In this document: positions 39,301 through 49,288 of the stretch, in pieces | Layout of the letters: each line of letters opens with the position of its first letter | How positions within the stretch are numbered: position 1 is the first letter of the stretch | The notes under the pieces: generated by a model | What the model was told of the DNA's origin: nothing | What the model saw: the letters and a program-made list of their open reading frames with translations, nothing else | Databases searched by the model: none | Translations under genes and position numbers: made by a program | DNA from: Mytilus edulis | Lineage: Eukaryota | Length of the DNA: 64,000 bases | NCBI RefSeq assembly: GCF_963676685.1 | Contig: NC_092354.1 | Location: 17,980,001 to 18,044,000, forward strand | Direction: 5' to 3'

Positions 39301-39724
39301 TTTGTAAGGTACATGTATAACGAGACATCAAAACTATAGTTGATAGTAAACAAGTATAAATGTAAGGTCGCAAAAGTTTGATAATATTTAAAACCAGTGA
39401 ACTTTTGGTATATACTAACACCGAGAAAGAAACCAGTAAGGTCCAATGAAGCACAACGAAACAAGACCAAATGCATCATGTTATCTAAACAAGTTGAAAG
39501 AAAACGTTGTACGTTAATTTGCTGCATTTAGGTTATAAACAAACATCGAAAGCCTAGACATCGTTATGACGGACCCTTATTTTGAGCCGTTGGATATACG
39601 GCTGGTTAGAGAGAGAAAAAAAAACCAATATATTTAGGCTATGATTTTTTTCTACTCAGATGCTCAACGGTTGAAGAGAAGGATATTTTACCTTCATGGA
39701 ATTAAAAAAAATATGTACTATTGA
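12331..39724 (+). CDS. Multi-exon type I membrane protein: TNFR-like Cys-rich ectodomain, TM, acidic linker, two DZIP3-type HEPN-like domains flanking a duplicated Cys/His module
   Basis: 19 GT-AG exons join with matching phases and no stop (3204 nt, 1068 codons): 12331-12393, 14265-14433, 15660-15965, 17975-18032, 19499-19569, 20506-20556, 21378-21467, 21617-21745, 22033-22092, 22413-22511, 25241-25345, 27186-27413, 27857-28077, 29354-29423, 30039-30979, 32693-32735, 36602-36659, 37333-37583, 39118-39308. The terminal exon is uncertain; candidate 39638-39724 has AATAAA at about 39790. Confidence 0.8.
12960..13640 (-). mobile_element. 3' fragment of a non-LTR retrotransposon (RTE-X-like ORF2 C-terminus)
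   Basis: Minus-strand EPYL..KLRVSDHILEIE, then across a frameshift EERLCQHCCLNKTDDEEHFLFTCTKY, the CCHC-type tail of such LINEs. Confidence 0.7.
14265..14433 (+). CDS. Gene 2 exon: end of signal peptide and first Cys-rich ectodomain segment
   Basis: MLISDAYFYNFKCPSEASWKFRAEVECNSTSNYFCLYNNVDLKYVEGCNGPDWDRK; follows hydrophobic exon 12331-12393 (MTEITDTISVLTFVRLFLVFQ) in phase 0. Confidence 0.85.
15660..15965 (+). CDS. Gene 2 exon: TNFR-like cysteine-rich domain
   Basis: CKSDRFQPF..DCYYAKSNCSEEGQ..SSSKEDRRCRC..CFCIPTEEDCSCYIKSCP resembles TNFR CRD spacing (C..G....D..C.C); phase 1-1. Confidence 0.85.
16520..17040 (+). repeat. Interspersed repeat family B (aaaattgagaatggaaa.gggaat.tgtcaaag); copies also at 31015-31150, 33325-33885 and 61110-61430 (minus)
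   Basis: Long near-collinear match between 16520-17040 and 33325-33860. Confidence 0.85.
18275..19205. repeat. Tandem array of about five 180-190 bp units (aagcttctgtccaagtttgg), probably HINE-borne
   Basis: Unit marker at about 18408, 18600, 18776, 18968 and 19161. Confidence 0.85.
19861..19991. mobile_element. Palindromic MITE
   Basis: agagattaata.atggccttttccatat..gccc is mirrored by gggc..atatggaaaaggccat.tattaatctct. Confidence 0.85.
20506..21467 (+). CDS. Gene 2 transmembrane helix split across two exons (20506-20556, 21378-21467)
   Basis: Spliced peptide KFIVFIICCIIIICGFVVVVFLKWK: 21 hydrophobic residues followed by basic stop-transfer residues. Confidence 0.8.
22788..23537 (+). mobile_element. 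HINE/Helentron-type element, one-unit copy of the 62538-63830 family (fragments also at about 17043-17350, 37000-37260, 41930-42220)
   Basis: ctcacctggcccgaaggtgagc 5' end, shared body and gagcgacagagcctct 3' end. Confidence 0.85.
23767..23810 (-). ncRNA. Degenerate minimal type I hammerhead ribozyme in a retrozyme-like repeat
   Basis: Minus strand GCGTCA ttgacaga c ttttgaa GAC GAAA CGCGC GTC ttgcgc; GAAA, palindromic stem III and GUC retained, CUGAUGA box decayed. Confidence 0.5.
24658..24805. mobile_element. Near-perfect 148-bp palindromic MITE
   Basis: agacaataatagtgcat.gacttgacatatcaacgatataaggat is mirrored at the 3' end. Confidence 0.9.
25660..25706 (-). ncRNA. Degenerate minimal type I hammerhead ribozyme in a retrozyme-like repeat (about 25620-25790)
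   Basis: Minus strand CTGATGg GTC ttttgta GAC GAAA cactc GTC tagcgt; one substitution in the catalytic box. Confidence 0.6.
26551..26920. mobile_element. TIR MITE
   Basis: agagggtgtcca..aaaaacaggca and tgcctgatatt..tggacagcctct form imperfect inverted ends. Confidence 0.6.
27186..29423 (+). CDS. Gene 2 DZIP3-type HEPN-like domain 1 (three exons)
   Basis: YYLRIVHLLFRVVCPVVRMYF..PEQL..INNDQWKLLY / SEDFDLGLMIYLL..LYP..LTRIKYIRNNVIQS..SDENYHQFLDDLEE / AVLNL follows the DZIP3-HEPN pattern (QW..LY, FD..L...LL, L.RIK..RN). Confidence 0.75.
28534..28976. mobile_element. TIR MITE flanked by TATA
   Basis: TATA-GGTGTATTCCACCA ... TGGTGGTATTACACC-TATA. Confidence 0.75.
30039..30979 (+). CDS. Gene 2 large exon: two tandem Cys/His-rich modules
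   Basis: 941-nt exon; KHQLYH..KCCTC..LTEEQWEALY..C..C.C...C..P and QHTIYH..RCCKC..LKEKEWNKIF..C..CCCRYKP. Confidence 0.85.
31290..32563 (+). repeat. HINE-type element with about six or seven tandem 160-180 bp units
   Basis: Repeated ggaatgaaaccaaacatggc..tgaggtgctgacc..tgttgttactttgtagc; ends with aggtgagcgacac and hairpin gctcttgagagc. Confidence 0.8.
34057..34413 (-). mobile_element. Retrozyme-like 338-bp monomer with terminal direct repeat
   Basis: aatagttatcaaaggtacc at 34057-34075 and 34395-34413; contains a hammerhead core on the minus strand. Confidence 0.75.
34092..34137 (-). ncRNA. Minimal type I hammerhead ribozyme
   Basis: Minus strand ..a CTGATGA GTT ttatgta GAC GAAA C gcga G TC tggcgt: both catalytic boxes, stem II, short stem III and GUC site present; stem I weakened. 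Confidence 0.75.
34872..35122 (+). mobile_element. 3' tail copy of the Penelope-like element (older copy at about 34452-34660)
   Basis: Near-identical to 3368-3607 plus 3785-3798. Confidence 0.85.
37333..39308 (+). CDS. Gene 2 DZIP3-type HEPN-like domain 2 (two exons)
   Basis: LTTDENNFLVVVYVLKQILCPVIKNEF.. / SKNLDLELMVYILK..LDEIEKIRGEIVQSKSGTLDQTTFEDFMDRICK; same internal phase-1 and closing phase-0 introns as domain 1. Confidence 0.72.
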
Positions 39725-42700
39725 TACATTCATATAATTTCTTATCCGTTTGTATATATCTTTGAATATTTATCACACCTAGAAATTAAAATAAATCCAG
39801 ACAGAGGACATACAATTTCTGTATACATATGCATATACATGTATATCTATTTATATCTATACAAAAAAGTCATGTATAACAATATTTGAATGAAACTGGC
39901 TTTCACAAGATGGCTAATTTCCATGACATTTAAGAATGTACACATAATTTCAGGCAGTAACGCATTTGGGTGGACAAAAGTACACGGAAGAATTGTCAAG
40001 CCTTCAGCATATAAAAAATATTCTCGGTAAGAAAAATAGAAGTCTTTAGGTTCATGCGTAATGGTTGCATAATGCATACCTTGTACACTTATTTTGTGAT
40101 TATCTTTAAGATTATGTTGACCAAGTTATTGAAACTTTTAAGTATCTGGAAATAAAAGAGAGCTCCATACATCACGGTACACAAAAGAATCGTGGCTGTG
40201 TGTTTTTTGTCAATATCCATTTGATCTGTGTGCCCTGGAACTTTTAAACTATTGGGTTTCCACACTTTGGACAATGTTCAAAGGTTATTCGTTTGTTTTA
40301 TTAAGTGTTTGATTTTTTGAACAATTTTGTCTTTAATTTGGTTTGAAATACATGGACGATGTGGCATATACATATGGTCACTCTTGTATGGTCTTTAAAC
40401 GACTGGTAATAGAACTTTTGCCAAAGTGGATCATCTATTTGGCTGTACAGGAATACGGCCATATCTGAAGCACACTTGCAACAACTCCCTGAGGGTCCGT
40501 AGGTGGTCTGTTGCAAGAAAAACAGTACCTACCTCAATATGAGCCCATGTTTTAGTGGTAGTTCAAATTTCTCTGACGTTCATCTAGGATAGCCTCTATT
40601 CAATGACGTAATAAACTTAATATATTTATTTGTTCTCGTTCTGAACAAGCATTTTTCATATATATATATATACACGAACAGAAAAAGGGAAAGACACATG
40701 ATCGATGATTTGCCAGTTTTGTTGACAAAAGATGACAATCTTTAGACTGGAGTCGAGCGAACCTGCCCCCTTCGGAGTTCGAACTCACAACATCAGATAT
40801 TTTCATATTTCTTTATACTCTTTATCGGAAAATTCAAAACTGGCAAAAATCATGTTATTGGAATGTCGAAACAATATCACCTGGCTGCACTGTGTGGACT
40901 AGTGTAACCTTTCCTTGTTATTAGAATCTAGAGTTGTAGCACAGTACAATATATTATATGAAAGTATAAAACTAGGCCAACAAAATCTGAGCTCGAATCC
41001 CGTCGAGGAAAGTACGAAAATTTGCTGATTCAACATACAAGTACTCGTATAATATACCACCAATGGCTGTATAGCCATTCAACAAGTAATGTTTTTTTTT
41101 TCTCATAAATGGTACCACGGTTTTCTTCTTCTTCTTTTTTGGTAAACACTTAGTCTTCAAAATGTCATGTACCCATTTAAATATTTCGGTGAAATTGTTG
41201 ATAGAGGGATATCTTATGAGCAACATAATATTTGGAAATTTGATCTGGCTCTTTTAAAAGTGTTCATGTAATCATTGTTTTAACTGTTTTAACATTTCTA
41301 TACATAAATATACAGCTTCTACATGTTATTTCTGGGTTTTTTTTCAGAATGAAATCTAAGATTCCATAGCAGCGATAAAATACCAAGGAACATAAATGTC
41401 TTATTTCAGCAGTGTTCAACTCAATACTAGACTTGTATCTTTATGATTTATCGAAATTCAATTTGACCGGACAAAATGTATATGGTGGCAAAATATGAGG
41501 CAATTGAACAATTTCTGATTCATTCTTAACATAAGAGTAGTGAAGCAATACGAAATTGTTGCCGGTTAATTGAAAGTACCAGTCTTTTACATGTATTACA
41601 AATCATGTCAATCCATTGAGATAAAATATTCCGTTTTATAAATGGAAAAATCTGGACTCAATTCTTTCTCTTTTATTAAAATTTTATGCTGAATAGAAAC
41701 ATCAGTTAATTCTATTTAGTTGTAAAATAAAATGTTGATAACAGATGAAATGATATCATGCATGTTTACTAGAACTGGTGCTAATTGAGTAGTAAACACG
41801 GCAAACATGCAGATAATATAAATAAAAGAGAAGTTTTTACTTCAGGGTTTCGTACCTTTTTGTCCTTCTTTATTTACTATCATGTAGCATTTTTTTTAAA
41901 TGTTCAATGATTCCACATTCACAACAACCTGCCATCTTGATCGACATGGCTTAAAATAGAACATTAGGGTAAAATGCAAGATGTATCTGTTATTTTAAAA
42001 AAGATTTAAAAATTTAAAAAAAGAAAATCTGACAGAGCCAAAATGCTCGGAATATATAAAGCTCTATCTTTTGTTCATTATCATCAAAACGGTGGGGTGA
42101 TTTTTGTCCAGTATTTTGAAAGCTATAACAGATAGAGAATCTTTAATTGGAAAAAAATCATCAAATTAAGATCTTCGTTCAGATCCTTAAGAGGACTCGT
42201 TGATGAAGTTATTGCTTTTTGATAACAATTTGACCTTTTTTATGCATTTTTGATATCTAATAGATATAGGAAGATGTGGTATGAGTGCCAATGAGACAAC
42301 TCTCCATCCAAGTGACAATTTATAAAAGTAAACCATTATAGATCAAGGTACGATCCTCAACACGGAGACTAGCCTCACACCGAACAGCAAGCTATAAAGA
42401 GTCTTACTAATTACTAGTGTAAAACCATTCAAACTGGAAAATCAACGGTCTAATCGATACACAAACGAGATGAACCGCATAAACAAACAACAACTGCTGA
42501 TATCTGATTCCTGACTTAGGACAGGTGTAAACAATTGCATTGGGATTAAAGTTTTAATGGTACCATACCTTCGTCCTTTTCTGAAACAATAGTATATTAA
42601 CATCACAACATAGAAAGACACACCCTAAAAAATCATTTGGAATGGCTAAACTGAATCAATAAACGTAGTAACACAAATAAACACACAATGAACGAAAACA

Positions 42701-43894
42701 ATGATCTGTGATACAATGTTAATACATAGTTAATAAGACTAAGGAATGAAAAGTTAAAGTAAAACTGAATATAAAACCGTTTACATTTTAACGGGTCTTT
42801 TCCATGTAACGAAATACGTATATTTAGATGTAACATACATAATAAAAACGAGTTACATTTTTACACAATATACTCCTTCCAATATTCAGTCTCGGAAAGA
42901 CATGATTATATCACAACTATGTCTTAAAGTTATTTCATCGTTAAGTTGCTGTCTCATTGAAGTATATTGTTTAGTTTAAACAGTATGTATTAATGAAAAA
43001 TTACAAGAATAAAATGTTACATGAAGTTCAAATATGGGATTTGAAAACAAGTCTGGAAAATCTTCAATTAATTAATATACCTTACCAAAAATTGGTGTAT
43101 CATAAACATTTTATGACAAATTAGATTTAAAACACGTATACAACTTGCCTCCTCATGCCACTAAAGTTTATTTGTTTAAGTGCAAGAAACGCACATATTG
43201 CAAAGAGTCAGATTACATCACATGACAAATATACAGCTTTGACTTCGTTGTTTTGTTCCTTTATGTTCGGAGTACCTGAATGTAGAAAGCTCTATAGTGC
43301 GACTCTATTACTAAATACTTGATTGATTAACGTTCAGTGGCAAACATTTCATGCATGTTCAGAAGGTGAATAAATACAATAAGTAGGTCCAGTAATAGAG
43401 GCAGTCCGAGAAAATTAGAATGCCACTGGAAAATTTTGGTATATTGGATAGGGACAGAAAAAGGCCACCTACGGATCCCTCAAAGATCGAGGTTTTACTG
43501 TGGTTCTCAGTGTCTCTAGTCGGACGTTGTATTGATAAGGAGTTGGAATTCTTACTTTATAACTTTCCATGGCATGTAACTTTACGGGGAAAAAGGGGGG
43601 GGGGGTCTTTGAACACAGTGAAGAAAGTCCAGATTTCGAATTTTGTCATCTGTGTGTTCTTTCATGCTTCTTTTTATGCACATACAAGCCAAAATCCAAA
43701 TTTCTGTGAAATCAATCTATTTTTACGAATACTTGAAAACAAAAACCCAAACCGTTGAAATGTATATACTTATATACATATTCAATATTGAAATAGACGA
43801 GACCTCTGTCTGCATTGAGAGGAAAACAATAGATGATGCTTACAAAACGCATCTAATCACCGCTATAAAAATGACACTTTTATAAAAAAAATAA

Positions 43895-44282
43895 AAAAAA
43901 AAGAAGATGTGGTATGATTGCCAATGAAAAAACTTTTAAAAATAGACCAAATGACACAGAAATCTATAATTGTAGGTCACTGTACGGCCTTCAACAATGA
44001 GCAAAGCCCATACCGCATAGTCAGCTATAAAAGGCATCAAAATAATAAGGTAAAAAAAATCAAACGAGAAAACTAATTGCCTTATTTATGTACAAAAAAT
44101 GAACGAAAACAAATATGTAACACTAAACAAACGACAACCACTGATTAACACATAACAGACTCCTACATGACTTGGGACAGGCACATACAAACATAATGTG
44201 TTGGGGTTAAACATGTTAGTGGGATCCCAACCATCCCCCTAACATGGTACAGTGGTATAACAGTACAACATAAGAACGAAAC
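43895..44282 (+). repeat. Abundant SINE-like repeat family A (aagaagatgtggtatgattgccaatgagacaact); copies also at about 1735, 13690 (minus), 26200, 31190 (minus), 37965, 42265, 45180, 46828, 47745, 48045, 59908
   Basis: More than ten copies with a shared end and variable truncation. Confidence 0.85.
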
Positions 44283-47200
44283 ATATTTTGTATATTATAC
44301 TTTTTCTATGCTTTTGCCGTTGAATACCTTTCAATTATTTTAAGCACGAGAGTTCGATTCTCTAATATGTTTACTATAATAGTAGAGTATTTTTATATTT
44401 TACATGGCAATCAACCTAGCTTTCTCAGTTTCTGCAATATAGAAATTCAGGGGCGGATCCAGACATTTTTAAAAGTGTGTTCCAACCATATGCCATTCAA
44501 ACGCATTGATCCTAAAACCTAAAACAAAAAAGCGGAGTTCCAATCCCAGGACCTAAGTATATAAATAGTACTATTAAAAGGGTGATAACTACGGAAGCGT
44601 ATTTATAGCGCCACACATTTTTTTCTTCCTATGTTTGCGTTGTAACATTGGAAATATCAAAACTTCTTCAGCCCACTGTAATCGCAAAACTAAGTCAGCA
44701 TGTGACCCAACGCACCACTAACTAGCATGGTGAAATTCATATGTACATTATGTACAGAGACAAAAATAAAACGAAAAAGTCACAAAAAATAATTTTATTT
44801 ATGAAATGTACATTATTTTATACCCCTAAGGCATATACAAACAATACAATACAATATACATAATGGAAAAAAATAACATATTAAACATCATATATAAAGT
44901 GGTAAAACAGTAATATACGAAACACGAAGACTATAATTATATACATACTCTAATTTTTTAGGAAATGTCATTAATACTTGTTGACTGTCGTGAAAGTTTG
45001 TATATTATACTTTTTCTATGTTTTTCTCTGCATAGCAAGGTGTTTAAGTATAATAAGCATTAGTTATCACAATGAATTAGCTGTTGAAGCTTTTCATGTT
45101 ATTTTGTAATAGTGTGTTGGAAAACTATCCGAAATTTATGATAAACCATAAGGTCAATAAAATGATCAAATATGAGAAATAAGAAGATGTGGTGTTGATT
45201 GCCAATGATATAACTCTCTTTAAGAGACCACATATGTCACCGTGCACATACATTTTTAAACATGTGATTGAAAGCACCAACCCTCCCTTACCGGACGTAA
45301 CCTTTTACAAATAAAGTTCTCATTCCTTAATATAAAAAGCTATGTAGAATGTACATATTTCCTACTGAAAGTAAACATTAAAGGAATCTTTGCCTCATGC
45401 AGATCTGAGCTCCGAGTAAAGGTGATAAATAAATAAGATCAAACTATAAGTTACGGGCGTTTTTCAATAAAAGCATAACTTTCAGACCTAAAAAAAGTGG
45501 AAAATCAACTTGTCTAAAATTTAATTTCAAGAGTTATCTGAATACCTCTATTATAGACCTGTTTGTAAACAAAAATTGCAATCTTAAATATTCTCTAAAA
45601 TGATATAATTTTCATAATTTGTGTACAGTTTCGTAGGGGACTTGTGTACCCTATGAAACTTCTTCTTAACACATATATTTTTTGCAATTTTAAATGTTTC
45701 CTATAGACATTCCAGTTGTTTACTTTAAAAACTAGGAAAATCTCATTTTTTTCTGAATTGGAAAACCATTTTTATCGATAAAGAGTAGACAGTACTTCAC
45801 ATATGAAGGTACAACTCATGTTACGTAGTGGACATTTTGATGCGTTTCGTAGTGGACAAAACCGTTTCGTAGTGGACAAAAAGTTTCGTAGTTGACATCA
45901 ACCCTATTATATGTTAAGAAAAACATAATAAAAATTACATGAAACTAACCCTTGTTATTTGGTTTGGACGAATATAATCGAAAAAAGATTTAAAAAAGAC
46001 TGCATGGTAGTGGTAGTGTCCACTACGAAACGTTCTTCTCCCATACTTGTTTCGTAAGGGACAGTTTCGTAGGGGGCGTATTCGCATGTTTTATTTTTTT
46101 TCCCACAATCCCTATATTCACAGTGTGGGAACGGAACTGTACGGTTTTCTAATATTTTGGTCATTCGGGAGACTGTCAAGCGGTGCTCCGACATTCGAAA
46201 AATAACAAGTTGCTTGATGGAAACTTTGACGAACTTTTATGTTCCTATATAACGTTTCTTCTTCAAGTTTTGATAGCTAAAACATTCTTTATGTAAATAT
46301 GGACCAATAAAATAATAAGAAAGATATATGCATCGAAACGTTTTTCTTAGAATGGTGGAGCTCCGTGTAAAACGATCAAAATTGTCACACAACAGCGATC
46401 AAAAATGTCAAATAAACATCGAAAAATCAATGTTTGCTACCTGGATTTTCACATGTACCTTTTCTGATATATAGTCTTACCTGTCTGAAAGTTTCAAAGC
46501 CATTGTCCCAGTAGAAGTCCAAATATATTCATTTTCTCCATGTCGGATATTTTTATTGACTGTACAATCGCTCGCAAGTTGACTGTAATATCACTCGGAG
46601 ACTTCCTGTAAATCACTTGGAGCTTTCCTGTAGAATTGCTTGGCCAAATTTATTAAATACATTGCATATGCATTGCATTGGTTGTTTATTGCTGTCCTAT
46701 TTGTTCATCTATGGTATTTGAAGTGAAAATAAGCACAAAACAAGTCATTTTGACAATTAAGATTCTATCAAGGAACCCTTTTAAGGTGACTATATCAGAG
46801 ACAAAAACAAAACGTGTACACTACACATAAAAAAGAAGATGTGGAATGATTGCCAAAGAGACAAATTTCCACAAGAGACCAAAATGACACAGAAATTACC
46901 AACTATAGGTCACCGTACGGTCGTCAACAATGAATAAAGCCCATACCGCATAGTCATCTTTAAAATGTCCCGAAATAACAATGGAAAACGACTTCGGAAA
47001 ACTAAGGGCTTATTTATGTACAAAAAATGAACGAAAAACAAATATGTAACACATAAACAAACAACCACTGAATAAGTATACAAGACAAAAAGAAAAGGAC
47101 AGTACAAAATATGTTAAGAATCTAATCTTAAATAAAAATGATAATAATCCTCGTACAAAGTAAATATTTATATATACCGAAAAGATTCTCTGGAAAGTTA

Positions 47201-47325
47201 ATTGACATATTTTGAATTTTACTTAATATATTATTCACCAGCAATTTTAGAAAAATAATAAATACATATTTGAACAATACAACAAAGAATTTTTCAGCAC
47301 AGGATCGGGATATTGAAACTTGATA

Positions 47326-47659
47326 TGTACCATAGTTTGTTTGAAAAAGTGTGAGGGAATCGACACATACACCACAGTTCCATATCGACCCTCTGATTGG
47401 TTTACCAGAAGATTGAAAATGGTCATGTGGTGTATGTTAGATTCCTCACACTTTTAGCAAGAAACTACATTGTACCACATTTTCTTTCCTGTGATATCAG
47501 TTGAGAACTTTGACACATGTCATTTACCAAATAAAAAAGTGATTGGCTATATGTGCAGATACACCATAGGATGAACTAAATTTCAAAGCAAAGCTTTATC
47601 GTGAAATTTAGCCTCTCTTATGGTGTATCTACACATACCCAACACTTTTTAATTTGGTA
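47326..47659. repeat. Two adjacent palindromic MITE-like hairpins (47326-47476, 47525-47659)
   Basis: aaaagtgtgagggaatc..acatacaccaca mirrored by tgtggtgtatgt..gattcctcacactttt; taccaaataaaaaagtg..gatacaccata mirrored by tatggtgtatc..cactttttaatttggta. Confidence 0.75.
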
Positions 47660-48223
47660 TAACAAGGAATTCGAATGTGGAATTGTGGTAGCTAACCACT
47701 GACCCAAGAAAAGACACGTATATGTCAATAAACATGATATTAAAATAGAAGATGTGGTATAATTACAAATGAGATGTCTGTGTATTACAAGCTATACATG
47801 TAGCTACTGGTAGAAAAGGCTCCAGTAAAATTAAATGTTATCAAGGATAGGACAGGACTTGTTATCTGAAAGACAGAGAAAACACAAAATTCTTCAACAT
47901 TTTTTTTTTTATATCAATGTCACGATTCAGGAACTTTTTAATATTCCCAACTATAGCATCCGACAAACAAACGAAACAGTTGTTTTTATTTAGGGAAAAC
48001 AACATTTTATCAATTTGAAACCACATTTATATTTTCAGCATAAAAATAAGGAGTTGTGATATGATTGTCAAAGTTAAAAAATAAATGGATTTAAGCAATT
48101 ATAATCGGCTATAAAAGGTCCCGAAAAGAAAAATAAGAAACAATACCTTTCGAATTAAACTGACGGCCTAATTCATAATAAAACAATTTACGAAAAACAT
48201 ATATGACAGACACGAACCAACGA

Positions 48224-48823
48224 TATTCTGCCTCAGTGCATACTAGTATAACCATAAGCCACAGTAATGTATATCATTTATTTCGAAAACCATGAAATAA
48301 CAAGTTCTACATATGTGTGCTGTGATGTTGGTAAAAAGCTACAAAAAACAAAAACAAAACCTTAGCTAACTCATCATACTCATGACTACAAAAATCATAA
48401 AACTAACAGTTCAAATCTATGTATCAAAATGAATTTTCAATCAAATCATTCAAAAATTATAGCACCAAATGGCTTTCCATACTTTTGTAAAAACAGTGAC
48501 AAAATTAACAATCATCATATTTCACTTTTGGCTGATATACACATATACAAAATTTATCTTGATGTGGAAACATATTAACTTTCATCATACAATCATTAAA
48601 AACTATGAATTATAAACTTACATTGTGAGTTGGTGTAGTTTACGATACTTTTAAATGCCTGTGACCACGTTCATGCTTTCAATTTAGGAAACAAAAAAGT
48701 ACGGGGGACAGTAACGAAGTTCAAAGTACAAAAATCTAGCAATAAAAAATAGTCCGGGAAAACTTATGAAAAATCGATAGAATTTCTGTTAAACAATAAA
48801 AAATCAACACTGGTAACAGTACA
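48224..48823 (-). repeat. 3' LTR
   Basis: Direct repeat of 55526-56125 with about four differences by eye. Confidence 0.97.
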
Positions 48824-49288
48824 CTCCCCGTCTATTATCATTCCCATGATAATATTTTACAACAAATTTATGCAAATATACCAAATGTAAAAATAAGTCA
48901 CAATTTTGACTATTACGAAAAATCAATGCTATCGAAGAACATTCCTTCAGCATAAAAAACACACTAAAAATACAAACAACAGTTCACTTAAACCTTCCCT
49001 TGACACCATTTGCGAGTATGGTCTTGAGGAAACGATGATAGTCCGTCGGACGGGGACGATAAATGGCTGGCCCGTGTTAAGAGAGAGCCATATCTCTTGC
49101 ACGTTAAAGACACCCTTGTAGATTTCGAAAAAGAGTAGGCTAATGCCGCTACAAGGCAGCACTCGCACCCGCAAAGTGGAAAGGGATTCATATAAGTTGT
49201 AAAACTTGTTTCCCAATCCACTATAAATAAATATGTTTAAACTAAACTAAACCTTTTATAATTTGTTCAATATTGTCAATATTCACAA

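Noticed and set aside
45821-45897. Short regularly spaced repeats (TTTCGTAGTGGACA) resembling a CRISPR array
   Set aside because: Spacers are only 5-9 bp, the context is eukaryotic and there are no cas genes; better explained as transposon subterminal repeats.
46126-46160. Full 12/23 RSS with nonamer
   Set aside because: Only the heptamer matches; no ACAAAAACC at a 12- or 23-bp spacing, and the two ends are symmetric.
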